A stretch of 64,000 nt of DNA from Lama guanicoe (Eukaryota), in assembly GCA_013239625.1 (NCBI GenBank), contig MU056216.1:5686644-5750643 (forward strand). Reading direction: 5' to 3'. Below, piece by piece: positions 37,473 through 49,663 of this stretch; the first letter of the stretch is position 1; each line of letters starts with the position of its first letter. The notes beneath the pieces were generated by a model. That model was not told the DNA's origin. It searched no databases and saw only the letters and a program-made list of their open reading frames with translations. The position numbers and the translations under genes were made by a program.

Positions 37473-39464
37473 CTATGAAAAGTGGAAGTCATCTTTTACT
37501 CATGTTTTCATACTTGCTCCAGCACACATGTACACACACACACACACACACAGTACATACACCATGGAAGCTGTTGTTAGATGCAGAGTTGTTGGGTTCT
37601 CATAAGAAAAGGGAGATAAATTCTACCCTCTATTCCTAGGGGTCTAAAAAAGAGAAAGCTGCATAGGTGGGGACTCGAGGTTTAGTTAGAAGGAAACTGA
37701 GCCAAGAAGATCTGTGAATGATAGACAAGAACTGCTGATCCATTGAATATGTTTTAGCATCCAGAGGACCTAATGGCAGAGATCGATAATTTGAGAATAT
37801 TGGATGGAAAACAAAAGCACAGGCATTAGGATAACAAACATGAAAAGCCAGCAGTCAGATGGAGTCAGTACTGAGGGAAAGGCCCCTTGGGTTACATGAT
37901 CCTGTACACTTGCTGCCTGGATGGAGCTCTTCTCAGATTGCAAACGGGTTAGATGTCCTTGGAAGAGACAGGCAAATACTTTGGCTGAAATGGAGAAAAT
38001 TGGGAGGCAGGTATTTTAATAATAGTTTTTTTGTTTTCCTCATGAGAACAAAATGTTTGGTTTTGGCTACTGTGGTATATAGTCCTTGGTATCTAGAATT
38101 ACCCTTAACACACAGTAGAAACTTGATAAATATTTATTGTGTAATGTATTGGTTAACTACTGCTGTGAACAAAATATCCCCAAATTAAGGACATTCAAAC
38201 AACAAGCATCTATTATCTTATAGTTTCTGTGGGTCAAGAATCCAGGAGCAGCTTAGATGGATGATTCTGGCTCAGGGTCCCTCATGAAAGCACCTTGTCT
38301 TCTGGGGCTACAGGTATCTGAGGGCTGATTGGGGCTAGAGGGTCTGTTTCCAGATTTACTTATGTGGTCGTTGTATATACGGTACACGATCCATTCAGGT
38401 AAAACCCAAGAATTCAAAGACTTGGCCTTACTTTCTGAGGAGTCCCTTCGGCGACAGGTTCTAGGGCCATGGGAATAGATGTTCAATTCCTCTTAGGTGG
38501 TGAAGCTTGTGAGCACAGAAAGTCCATTTAGACCAACCTTCTATTTTACAGTTGAAGGTGCTGAGGTCCCAACAGGCTAAGTTGGTGGAAAAGCCAGGGC
38601 CTGATCCCAGCATTTCTGCTACGCCACCTCCAGGGTTTTCACTGTCTTTCCAGCATATGACAGGTGACGTCCCATGAAACACTGACTGGACACCGTGGAT
38701 TGAACGAGCATTCAGTGGCTTATCAAGACATCTTAGGAAAAGACCTCAAAAGACTTTCACGTTTCTGTTTGCTAAGCTGACCCGAATTCACATTCACAGA
38801 TGGATTAACCCTCACTGCTGTATAACAGATACTTAGTAATGAGCTTGTAAGGTTAAATAGTGTTCCCCCAAACTCACTTAAATTTAGCACAGATGCCCTG
38901 ATTGGGATTCCAGTGTTGAGAAGCCGTGTCCTAAGGGTGAGCCGCAGGGAGCAGGACAGATATGTGAAATGATCTGCAGTGATAATCCAGTGCTACCTTG
39001 GCCTGAAAGTAGCCCTGAAAAGAGATGAGCGTTAATAATATAACATACATTTGTGCAGTAACACACAGTGCTGTTCTAATTAGGGTTGTAATTTTTAGAG
39101 CAGTCTAAGGCACTGTCATTTTTTTCTGTTTTTTTTTTCTTTTTTCTCCTCTTTAGGTTACAGAAGTGGGGAAAGCAGAGATTCATCACATCTCTGTGAA
39201 TCAAAATCAATTATTTTAAGTTTTATGAGAGCATTAATATTCTCTAAGATTTTCTCTGAAATTAATGAGAAGAATTTGAGTGGATAAACAACCTAATAAA
39301 AAACAAAGTGCAATTCTGGGCCCTTTGAATTTTGCCAAAATGCTCCAGGGTAATTGAAACGATGTCGTTTGCTGCCCTGCCCTCTGGCATTGAAGATTCA
39401 TCTGTGTGTTCCTGTGGCTTGGTAGCTACAGACTTTACTTTCCTGTGGCTGTGTGGCTGTACCA

Positions 39465-39755
39465 CAGTTATTTATCCATTCACTTATTGAAGGACTTTTT
39501 TGTTGCTTCCAGGTTTTGGCAATTATAAATGCAGCTGCTATAAACATTTGCATGCAGATTCTTATGCGAACATAAGTTTCAAATCAGTTGGATGAACACC
39601 TAGGAATCTAAATGCTGGGTCACATGGTAAGACTATGTTTAGATTTATAATAAATGGCCAAACTGCCTTCCAAAGTTGCATTATTTGTATCCCCACCAAC
39701 AATGAATGAGAGTTCCTGTTGCTCCACAACCTCACCAGCGGTGGGTATTGTCATG
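39465..39755 (-). mobile_element. L1M fragment
   Basis: ttatttatccattcactt...gctgctataaacattt...ccaccaacaatgaatgagagttcctgttgctccaca. Confidence 0.8.
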
Positions 39756-40365
39756 TCCCCCAAGAGATTTTCTACCAAATGACTATTTTATTCATCACCT
39801 GCTAGATCTGGGCCTAAATTGCCTCATCTGCCAAATAGGTTGAAACGTCCTGTCTTCCTACCTTTGTGAAACACGCTGATCTAAAGAGCAGATGTGTGCA
39901 AAGTGAACAGAATGTAACAGGAAAAAAAAGTGCCAATAAATTGTACTTTGGATATAAAATGTCAACAACAACCCCTCTCCCCCAAGACAAGAATATCAGA
40001 AATGAACAAGTCCACTTTGTAAAATGCCTCTATTGCAACCACAGTAATGGAACACGACTCGTCGAAGAAACCACGAGAAATTCAGCAGTTCTGGAGGACA
40101 GGTGTTCACAGGGAACAGAGGGACATGGGGTCGTGTAGGTCAGCACAGGGGCCTTCGTTATGGGCCAGAGCATCAGGCCAAGGATTGGTTGTTACCCCTC
40201 TACCAGAGTCCACGACTGGTCACGTTGATCTGTTGGAAGGGACTAAATGGGGTAGCGTGAGAGCACGTAGACTTTACAGCACTGCATACATTGAAGGAAG
40301 TATTATTATGTGATCCTGAGAAGCCTGACATCACAGTTCAGAAGAGGTAAATGGCATCTAGGTAC

Positions 40366-40971
40366 CTAATTACATCTTTTTGATAGAAATCATTAAACAT
40401 TTCCGTTAGACTCAACAGGCCAACTGGGCGTAACCCCACAGTCAATATGAATCATAAAATCAGCAAAATCGGGGCTGCCTCTCCTAAGCTGACGTCTCGG
40501 AACATCTTCATCCCTGGGCTCTGGGAGAGGAAATTCAAATGTCTCTTCATTGTGGACGTGCAGTCAAGGCAGAGGGAGGGTTTAGAGTCCTCCCAGGGAG
40601 GCGCTGGTTCGCTTGGACTGATGGCCTGAGCAGTCCCGACTGCAATCCCCTTGTGCGTTTTTAAAAACAGTACACAACTAAACTACTTTGTCGTCTATTT
40701 GGGTTTTAAGAGGGTTGAGAATGTTCTTCAGACTCAAGTACTTTATTCTGTGTGTATGTCCTTCCATTTAGAGGTGGTGGTGTCCTTTAAATGTTCTATA
40801 AGGACGTGAAGGGGCCTGTAAGAAAGAAAAGCCATTCTCTGTCCCATGGTTCCATCAGTTATCTTCTTGAAAGGATAGGGGAACTTTTCTCTCATTTTGA
40901 CAAATGCATTACTACATCTGGAAAAGCCTTAACTAACTTTCCACCAAAAGATTTCTTATCACAGCACACAG
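40366..40971 (-). pseudogene. Pseudo-exon 9, start of AlbA_2-like module 1: ...APSRPYRTFKGHHHL*MEGHTHRIKYLSLKNILNPLKTQIDDKVV*LCTVFKNAQGDCSRDC...LHVHNEETFEFPLPEPRDEDVPRRQLRRGSPDFADFMIHIDCGVT/VGLLSLTEMFNDFYQKRCN*
   Basis: One frame runs from acceptor ttacag (40972; alternative tttcttacag near 40816) through most of the block with scattered stops; donor TAG|gtacct. Confidence 0.65.
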
Positions 40972-41109
40972 CTGTAACATTATAAACAAATGCAAGCTAG
41001 AGATTGCCCAACTCCTGGGTCTAATTTTAGAAATTTTCTGTGCCAACAATTGTTATTTCTTATTCTTGGGCCAAGTATCAATGACACAAGGACAAGATTA
41101 TTTGTTAAC

Positions 41110-41182
41110 CTTGTGCTCTTCAAATTCTACCAGGAAGAATTCTCTGTCGATCCTTTGTTAAACCATTAAACAAAATTAGAAG
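41110..41182 (-). pseudogene. Pseudo-exon 8 (frameshifted): ...QRIDREFFLVEFEEHK
   Basis: Acceptor tcatttcag, donor AAG|gttaac; 73 nt; needs one frameshift to link phase 1 to phase 0. Confidence 0.4.
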
Positions 41183-41426
41183 CTGAAATGATTTCATTTC
41201 TGGGAATAACATAAATTACATCAATGGCAAGCCTTTAGAATCTACCTCTTTTTTAGCAAAGAATTCAGATAAATTAATCAATTGATGCCCCAAATTCACT
41301 AGTGTTTAAAATTCTACTTGTTTCACAGGTGAATTCCAATCACTACTTAGTTACTAATTCTGTTTAAATTTTATGATCTTAGTCATTAAATTGAAGCCTG
41401 TGGTGCTAATCGTTGGAATATGGTAC

Positions 41427-41537
41427 CTGTTCTTTTAGTGAAGTTAATAGCACAATCTTGGATTTTTCAAAGAAGTGAATTAGCAGAAGTTAGATTTTCA
41501 ACAAGCTACTTGGACTCCCTAAGACCCAGTGAATCTC
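41427..41537 (-). pseudogene. Pseudo-exon 7: DSLGLRESK*LVENLTSANSLL*KIQDCAINFTKRT
   Basis: Acceptor ttttaaattgtggtttattag, donor CAG|gtacca; 111 nt, phase 1 to 1; two stops. Confidence 0.6.
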
Positions 41538-41652
41538 CTAATAAACCACAATTTAAAAAAAAATGTTAGCTATTCTAAAGAGACATCAGATGATGTGAAC
41601 AAAACTAAAGTGTCTGATTTAGGATCCATTATTAACTTGAGAATATTTTGAC

Positions 41653-41699
41653 CAATGAGAGCGAACATTAATATAGCCACTGCATAAGGGTCTTCAAGC
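41653..41699 (-). pseudogene. Pseudo-exon 6: LEDPYAVAILMFALI(G)
   Basis: Acceptor tttcctgtttaag, phase 2 fits exon 5. The donor G|gtcaaa is weak, so the 3' boundary is uncertain. Confidence 0.6.
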
Positions 41700-43139
41700 C
41701 TTAAACAGGAAATATCCTGAGAACATGATGTCAGTGTCAAGGATACTAAAATAGTCAATGAAATAAATGAATAAAATTACCCTCTGAAATGATTCCTAAT
41801 TGTAATACTGATGAAAGCAGGTGTTTCTTTAATCATAAATTGCAACAACAGAAGGTGTGGGTGGGATGAAGCTGCTGTCTATTGCTATGGAGTCCAGAAA
41901 AATAAAATGCCAGAGGAAGGCAGTTTTAATTCTTCCTGCTCCAACTAAGAGACAGGTGCCTCTAGCGCATGGAAGATTGAACATTTTGGTCATTATGAAG
42001 GTCCACAAGGAATATTTTCTTGGGTTCTACAATAGTTGAGGTCAAGTATTTCATAAGAATATAAGATCCTCCTTACTCTTTCCCCTCTTAGATAGTACAT
42101 TATTTTGTTCCTTGATAGTAGAGTTGGAAACAGCTAAATGGGCAGGTAGGATAGGAATGGGGGCAAAAAGAAAGCAATGGAGGGAAAGGAGAGGAAGCCT
42201 GAATATAGTTTTCAGTACAGATATATTTGTCAAAACTCATCAAATCGTACACTGAAGGTCCGTGAACGTTCCTGTCTGTAAATGTTATCTTAATAATAGA
42301 GAAATACCTTCCATCTTTAAAAGAAATTGCCCTAGTTTTGAATAAATGAATTTAGATTTAGATCTATGATTCTAAGGTTTATGAAACGGGATCAATCTCT
42401 TGGAACTTAATTACACTTAGAGAAATTAATGAAGTTTAAGTTTCTGAACATGTAAAGTTGAGGGTTTGACCGAAGTCCACCCTAACCCCACCTGCTTGGC
42501 TAGCCCAAACACCTCAGAGTTCCAATCTCCTAAATGATAAATCTGTATAGTGATCAGAGGGCTGATAAATGTTTAACCCCAGATTTACTCCATGCTTATC
42601 AGCTGCATGGGGATGAGGGCATAATAGACGAATCAAATACTAGTTGGTAGCCTTGTGCCCTCCATTTTTTCAAATTTTATTAAACTACTTAATTGCTCGT
42701 GCACAGCTTGATTTCTTTCACAACAGGTCACGTGACACTGTAAAGCCTCCAGGGTAATTTGCGTGTGATTACATGTAATTGATCACGTAATCATGGGAGC
42801 CACTCTGGAGCTAAATTTACTGATCTCATATGCCTTCCGAGAGGAATAAAGCAGAATCACCTCTGCATGGTGCCTTCAAAAGCAGATGTTTTTGAAAGAA
42901 TATCTGAAATGAATAGGAACAGAACTATACCCTACGGGGCAGCATTTTCCAGGGCTGTTCCCTACGAGTGCCATGGTTGTTAATAGTTGCTAATGACCAA
43001 AGGGTGCCATGGTTAAATAAGTTCGGTTATGCTGAGTCGAAGTTGAACCGATTTCTTTACTGTAGGACATATCAGTCTTTAACATGCTAAGGAATCACAA
43101 AGGAGCTATGATGTGTAGTATTTCCCAGTCCCATGTGAC

Positions 43140-43299
43140 CTTGAATGTGGGTATATGGTGAAAGTGTACTCTTGAATACATCTGGAGTATTGGTATAAAG
43201 AGCAACAGAAATCTAGCTGAAATCCTGGTAGGCTCTGGGTATCTGCGAGCACCTTGAGACTGACTAGACGACAATGGCAGGTGTTGGTATAATCTAACC
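43140..43299 (-). pseudogene. Pseudo-exon 5: GLDYTNTCHCRLVSLKVLADTQSLPGFQLDFCCSLYQYSRCIQEYTFTIYPHS(R)
   Basis: Acceptor ttcctgcttctgtctctag, donor AAG|gtcaca; 160 nt open (inside track ORF 43106..43333); phase 1 to 2. Confidence 0.75.
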
Positions 43300-44019
43300 C
43301 TAGAGACAGAAGCAGGAAATGATTAAACAACACAATTGCTGAACCACTGTCACTAGCAAATTTAACGTGTTATCAGAGGGTGTCGTGGAGCTCCGCGAGC
43401 GGACCCGGTTCCAGCTGTCACTCTAAGCTTAAAATCTCTTTCCCCCAAAGTAGGTGGGAAAACTTCTTTGCATTTCTGCCTTGTGTCAAATTCTGATCTC
43501 AGCAGAGAAAGCAGCTGTGTCATCCACAGGTGGTGCTGAGAGCCAACATTCCACAGGCCAAGCAGCAAGGAAGGCAAGTCCTCTAGAGACAGCAGCTCAT
43601 GAAGACTCAGTGAAAAGTGTCTGCTTGTGACATCTGCAGTGCAAAGAACGTGCACTTTCTGGGATGGTTAATAAGGCTACGGAAGCAAGCAGCAGATGCC
43701 CCAGAACAGACAGCTCGGGCAACAAGGGAAACGGATCACCCAGAGGACCAGGCTACGTCACTTGGTCCTTCACCTAAAGGTTATCCAGTTTCTTAGTTGC
43801 TTCCATGATCCATTACATAGCCTTTTGAGTTTACTGCACATAGTAACCTTTGTTGAGTGGTTACTGTATGGTAGCTATTACCTCATCAGATTCTCACAAG
43901 CCTACCAGCTACTGAAGAGGGAACTGAGGCCAAGGATGGTAAGACACTGTGTCCACAGTGCACCCTGAGCTGTGCACACGGGTCTGTCTGCCACCAAAGC
44001 CCATATTCTTCTCACATAC

Positions 44020-44174
44020 CATAGACACATGTTTTTGGACATCTACAGTTCTCCACAGAACCATGCTTTATTCTTCCAGTCATCAGCATCCAATCTTTGG
44101 TCAGTTTGTGTAATTCTCAAGTTAAATAATTCTCCAGGTATCATGCCCAAGATCCTGTACTGGTTAGCCTCTTC
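44020..44174 (-). pseudogene. Pseudo-exon 4: EEANQYRILGMIPGELFNLRITQTDQRLDADDWKNKAWFCGE/(N)CRCPKTCVY
   Basis: Acceptor ttcttccctgtatttag, donor ATG|gtatgt; 155 nt. An inferred 2-nt deletion at GGAGAACTGT restores frame to exon 5. Confidence 0.8.
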
Positions 44175-44790
44175 CTAAATACAGGGAAGAAGAACTACAT
44201 TTTGTCTTCATGGAGTTAATTCTATCTGAATACACTTAGGGCGAGCCGACGTCCAGTTTTCCCATGACGGTCTTGGCTTTTACATTATTCTTCAGTTTCA
44301 CTCTAAAATTATCCTGGGTTGAATCATAAATAATAAAATCACACTAGGTATATTTTGTATCATAAAAATACTCTTTGCCAAGAAATTTTACATTTGAGAG
44401 GACATTAGAACATTCCATAAGGATAAAATGAGGCAAGAGAAGGTTTAGTCCAGCCCTTTGATTTCAGTCCACCTGGCAAACATGGGAAGTTGAAATATGG
44501 ATATTCAAAGGGAAGGTATCCATACTTACTAGATGTACTGTCAAGTAAAACCTTTGCTTTTTGAGCAAGATGCACAAATATCCCGTATTAACATAATGTG
44601 CAATGCAATTTTAGATACAAATGCAAGACCATTTTAAAGGGACCACTTTGTAACATCAATTTTCTGGTAAAATTTAATCACATGGGTTATCTTAAAGCTC
44701 ACGAAGAAGTATAAAATAAAATACACAATTGAAAATGGAAAAAGAAAAGACTAACAGAATTTCTGCTTGTTACTATTTTTCAAGAACATG

Positions 44791-44970
44791 TACAGTCGTC
44801 TGTCTCGGTATCTGTAGGGAATTGGTTCCAGTCTGCGCCCCCCCCCCAACTCCATGGATGCTCAAGTCCCCTACATACAATGGCGCCATGCAGTCCGCCC
44901 TCCATATGCCCCGCGTTCTCCATCAGCGGATGTGGAAACAGAGCTTGGGAACAGCGAGGGCTGACTACAC
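44791..44970. mobile_element. MER2/Tigger-type DNA transposon fragment
   Basis: tacagtcgtctgtctcggtatctgtagggaattggttccag...ccatggatgctcaagtccc...gagggctgactac. Confidence 0.7.
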
Positions 44971-46662
44971 TGAAGACCAGATCCATAAGACTTTGCCTGT
45001 ACATTTTCAGTTACTAATAAGTATGTACTTTCATTTCAAAATAATGATATGCTTTCCTTTTGTTCCAAATTCATCAGGAAGACAAGAGCGATTGGCAAGA
45101 GAATAACAGCATGTTGAACAGAACACCTTTCCAAGACTGAATACGGAATCTTTAGGAGAAAGATTCTAAGTCCTTAACACGGCCCGCAGGTCGCTGTGGT
45201 TTGCCCCGTCTTTTTGTCTCTAGACGCAGTTTGCCCCGTGTTGCTGCTCACTTTCTGCGCTCTAACGTCAAGGACCTTTCAGGGTTTCTAACCTAGCGGT
45301 GTCTTTCTCATCACAGAGCTTTTGATCAAGTTGTTCATTTTCTAAGTTTTTCGCTTAGCTCGTGCCAGCTCGAATCATCCACAGCGTAGTCTCCACGCGC
45401 AGCTGCGGCCGGAGGAGCCTCCCCTCCCCGTTTCCCAGAGAGGAGCATCCACTGATGTTGAGCCTCTAGTATTGATTTTATTCCGCCAACATCATGAAAG
45501 TCAGTAACACAGAAGAATTCTGAAAAGTGCCTTTACAATTGGTTTTGTCTTCTCAGGCCTCTGCCCTGGCTTTGAAAAGGGCACTGCAGGCTGCCTGCTG
45601 CGTCCGAGAGGGGGATGAAAGGTCTGTGAACAGAGCCAGGCCAGGAAAACCCCGTCTTATGTCAGTCAACCCCAACTGGGCTACAGAACTAACGAAGTGC
45701 TTATTGTCCCCTGGTGCTGAGGTGCCCATCTTTTATTTGCGATCAGAAATGGCTACATGATAGAGCCATGTATTTCTCTTTCATAGTATTTGCAAGCTCC
45801 GTAATTCTGCACTGGGGGCAGGGGGCTGTTAAAACATCTTTCCATCGCCACACCACTTTCTTTCTACAACTCCTTGGTTACATGCAGTGACCATGTGGCC
45901 TCACCGACGCCCAGCACAGAATCTGACATCCGGTAGGCACCCAACAAATACGTCTTTGCAACATAAGGGAATTAAAGGCCTCCCCAAGAGCAGATATATG
46001 AATAATGGAAGGAATAAAACAGGAAGATTAAATTTTCTAATTTATATTGGTCAAATAGTAACCACCGAGGGGCTTTTGTAACCTTCTTTAAAAAGCCAGT
46101 TCCCTCTCTGGCATTTGTTATTGGGACTCTCCTGTCACCTGCACGCCAAAATCAGGAACAAAAGCTGTAAACAATTTGTGTGTTTACAACAGGAATCCGG
46201 GCTACAGATGAAAAAAAGGCCACTATTAAATGAGGGGAAGGAGAGATTGATTTTTCTCTCACATTAATCACCCAAACAAATCTATTTCTTCCTCCTGCAT
46301 GTCCCTCTCTTCTTCCCCACGAGGCAAGAATGAAAAGAAAGGGAAGGAAGAATGTCCTGCATGTGAATCTGGCCAGACATGCCACCGGGCAGGCTGAATT
46401 GTGAATGATAAGGAAAACCACCACTGTTCTTAAGGACAATAAAGGGCTGTTTTCAGGGCAATGCTATTTAGTGCTGCGACTCTTTGTCAGAAAATACCAA
46501 TTCTTGCAATAACTTCCTAAAAAGAAGCTATTTCTGAGATGCTATAGGATGTTTCATTGATAAAAACCCAAATGCCGATTTTCGAAGCTTATGAAAAAGC
46601 ATCATGTAAATCGATTTCATGCAGGACTCTGCAGACGGCGATGTTTACAGCCTCTGCTTTAC

Positions 46663-46763
46663 CTGGTGCCCAGGCAGTTGGAAGACTTCCACGTACCATG
46701 GAGCAGCAGTGTGTTAATTTTCTGGATTTCCCTGATGTGTCTGATAGTTCTGGGCATAAAGAA
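46663..46763 (-). pseudogene. Pseudo-exon 3: (V)LYAQNYQTHQGNPEN*HTAAPWYVEVFQLPGHQ
   Basis: Acceptor ctcctttttcatttaaccag, donor CAG|gtaaag; 101 nt, phase 1 to 0, matching both neighbours; one TAA. Confidence 0.8.
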
Positions 46764-48939
46764 CTGGTTAAATGAAAAAGGAGAGGGTGGCTAACTGCCT
46801 TAAAATGGGTGCCTCTGCTCACCAAACGGACAGCACAGTTATGGCCATGGATTGCTCAGCAAAAATAGATAAGGTTTTCTGAAGGCCACTTCCAAGCACA
46901 CAACTCAGGGCTGAAGGGTCAGAAAAATAACAGGGACAATAATGAATACCAGAAAATGATGGCACAAAAAAGAACTCAGAATTGGAGTTTGAGAAGGCCA
47001 CATTCACACCCCAACTATGCCCTAAACCGAAAGCTCTCTTTGCCCCTCTCCTTATCTGTAATATGGACGTGGGGGTGGGCAGGTGGGGAGATCAGCTTAA
47101 GAAATCAAATTTCCAGGAACATTCAAGGGCAAAGGCATTTAAAATACGTGCAATGCTTACTTTGTTTTTTCTACTCTTTGGAAATCAAGAGTCATTTTCC
47201 TCAGTTTAGAAATTTAAAGATGAATTATGTATAAGTTATTTTGACCTTAAAATAAGATTGATATCTTAAGATATGAAGCTTTAGAAACAAATCCAAACCA
47301 CTGGAGAAACCTTTCCTCTGAACTATCAGAAAATAGATTAAAAAGTATTGAGGAGGGAAAAAAAAGTCCATCCTATCTTTCATTAAATTCGATGATCACT
47401 AGTTATTTTTATGCTCTAGGATTTTAGTTTTTTTATGGAGTAGCAATAGTATTTTGATCTTTTAAAAGTGTTTTGAAACTTTACATAATTTAATCTTTAA
47501 TCATCATTCTTGGCAAAGTATTATTTTGAGGCTTGAACGGAAAGATTAATAACCTACACTGTGCAAATAAATATCACTCATATCTTCCTACCCCACACAG
47601 ATTCCTCCACCCTGTATGAATATAATATCCAATTTGTTTTTCTTAAATGCAGTCTTTCAAAATTGAATAGTAATTTAGAATACTTCCTTCAGGCAAAGAA
47701 AAGAAAAAAAAGAACACTTCCTCTGGATGAGAAGTAGTAACTTGTAGGAGGTGAGCATGGGTGGAGAACATTCTGACAAAGCTCCTCACAGCCAGGTGTC
47801 ATCAGCCAAGGAGAGCAGCGAGGTCTCTGTGAAACTCACAGCAAGCAAGGACCTTGAAGTCAAAAACAAGTTCAGATACTTTTTGGGGACCATTTGAGAA
47901 ATGGTGCTGGGGCAGAAGGTAGTATTTCTTGACTGGGGTAAGAAGATGCTCCCCCCCAAAAAAAAATTACGAGAGAGATGTGACAGACAGAGAAACAGGC
48001 CCACCGTCTGCCAATATGGCGGCCTCCATGCCTTGTGGTGTCTCTGTTGCCACAGGTGGGGTCGCTCCCCGCACTGCTCCTGTTGTGCAGCTGGATGGCT
48101 GCCCCTCCAGGGTCCTCTCAGCTGAGAGCAGTGTAGGAATGATCCCCAGAGAGTTTTGGAGAAAAGGTTTTGTGCCCTCAGGTAGGGCTTCCCCTCATAT
48201 TTATGATCTTAATTTATACAGCGCCCACCGTGGAAGCAGTGCCTCCTGCATTGCTATGTTCGTATCCACATCTGGGGTTGTAAATAAGTTGTTCTGGGTA
48301 TAAATAAAATAAGCCTGTTTTTGGAAAGAAAAAAAAAGCTAATGATCACCTAATTTAATTAAAGATATGATGGATTTTTGTGTTCTATGGCAAGGAAGAA
48401 TTAAGTTTGCTGAATTCAGGTGACCTTAAAATAGGGAGATGATGCTAGATAATCTGGGTGGATCTGATTCAATCAGTTGAAAGGATTTAGGAGCAAAGCC
48501 GAGACTTCCCTAAAGAAGAAATTCCGCCTGTGGACCACAGCTGCAGCAGCGACCCCATGCCTGAGACTTGCCGCCTGCTCTCCTGGGCGTCAGACCTGCC
48601 CTGCTCCACCCAGCCCCACTCACAACCGCCCAAGTCAATTCCTTGCAATAAATTTCTTACTATGCACCTCCTAATGGCTCTGCTTCTCTGGTTGAACCCT
48701 AACTGGCACCAGGGGTTAGTCAGTTATTTGGTGACAACCCATCAACCATTTTTCAGTACGAGTAACCTTGCTTTATGAACTGGAGTGCTTAAAAACTCAA
48801 TTTTAAACCCCGTGTAACAAATGACCTTAATATTGTTTGAGCGTTCCCCAAGAGCACCAACTGCCTGCTTTCTCTGCAGGGTAACTGCTAAGATCTCCAG
48901 CCATATTCTCTCTCCTGCTGAGCAGCACACACCACACAC

Positions 48940-49663
48940 CTAGTAAGCAATCATTAATAGATAATGGCTTGTTCCAGGAGACAATGGTCGTGCAAATAAA
49001 CTTGAAATGAAATCGTCTGCCATCAGTGTTAGAAGCTGGCACTTGGAGAAAAAAGGTATGTGTCCAAACACGCAGCCGGGTGCACATGCAGTGAGCGCAG
49101 TACAGCGGAAGCAGTGCACATGCGGGACAGGAACTTTGAACCTGCAGGAATGGTGAGCTCTTGCTTTCTTCTCATCTTCGTGTGGGAGGGCAGCCTTTTC
49201 TCTGTCTCTGGTGAAGTGGGAGTTATCACGCTGAGGATCTTTGTGAGCCGTGGCAGGCCTGCAGATCATAGCAGAAGTTTGATCAAGGAAAGAGATTGCT
49301 CTCTGGAGGTAACCCTTAAAATTCAAACTGCTGGCTGCTTCAAGATTTGAGATAAGTTAATTTGCTGATTAGGATTTAGCTGCTATCAGTCACTCTGACA
49401 TCCTTGGACTAATGAGGAGAGAAAACTACTTCTTGTGGGGAAATCATTTTTCGGCTATTTTCCTGTTTCATCCCAGCTTTCAGAGGTGGTTTTCTGGGAG
49501 ACAGATGCTTATTCTAAGATCATAACATGGCGAAGGACATTGGACTTCTTTTTGGACGTACAACAGGTAGTCTTTGAGATGGGCAACACTCTGGGGCTGA
49601 ATCAACTCTGAAGCTTGGACAAAGTTAGTTTTGCTGTGGAGTTGGTAGAACTCAGACAGTCAA
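48940..49663 (-). pseudogene. Pseudo-exon 2 (large, frameshifted): LSEFYQLHSKTNFVQASELIQPQSVAHLKDYLLYVQKEVQCPSPCYDLRISICLPENHL ... HHSCRFKVPVPHVHCFRCTALTACAPGCVFGHIPF / LQVPASNTDGRRFHFKFICTTIVSWNKPLSINDCLL
   Basis: Acceptor ttttccctgttcag at 49664 and donor CTAG|gtgtgt at 48939 (phase 1). Overlaps track ORFs 48940..49326 and 48827..49087, joined by a frameshift in a T-run. The frame in the middle part is unresolved. Confidence 0.7.
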
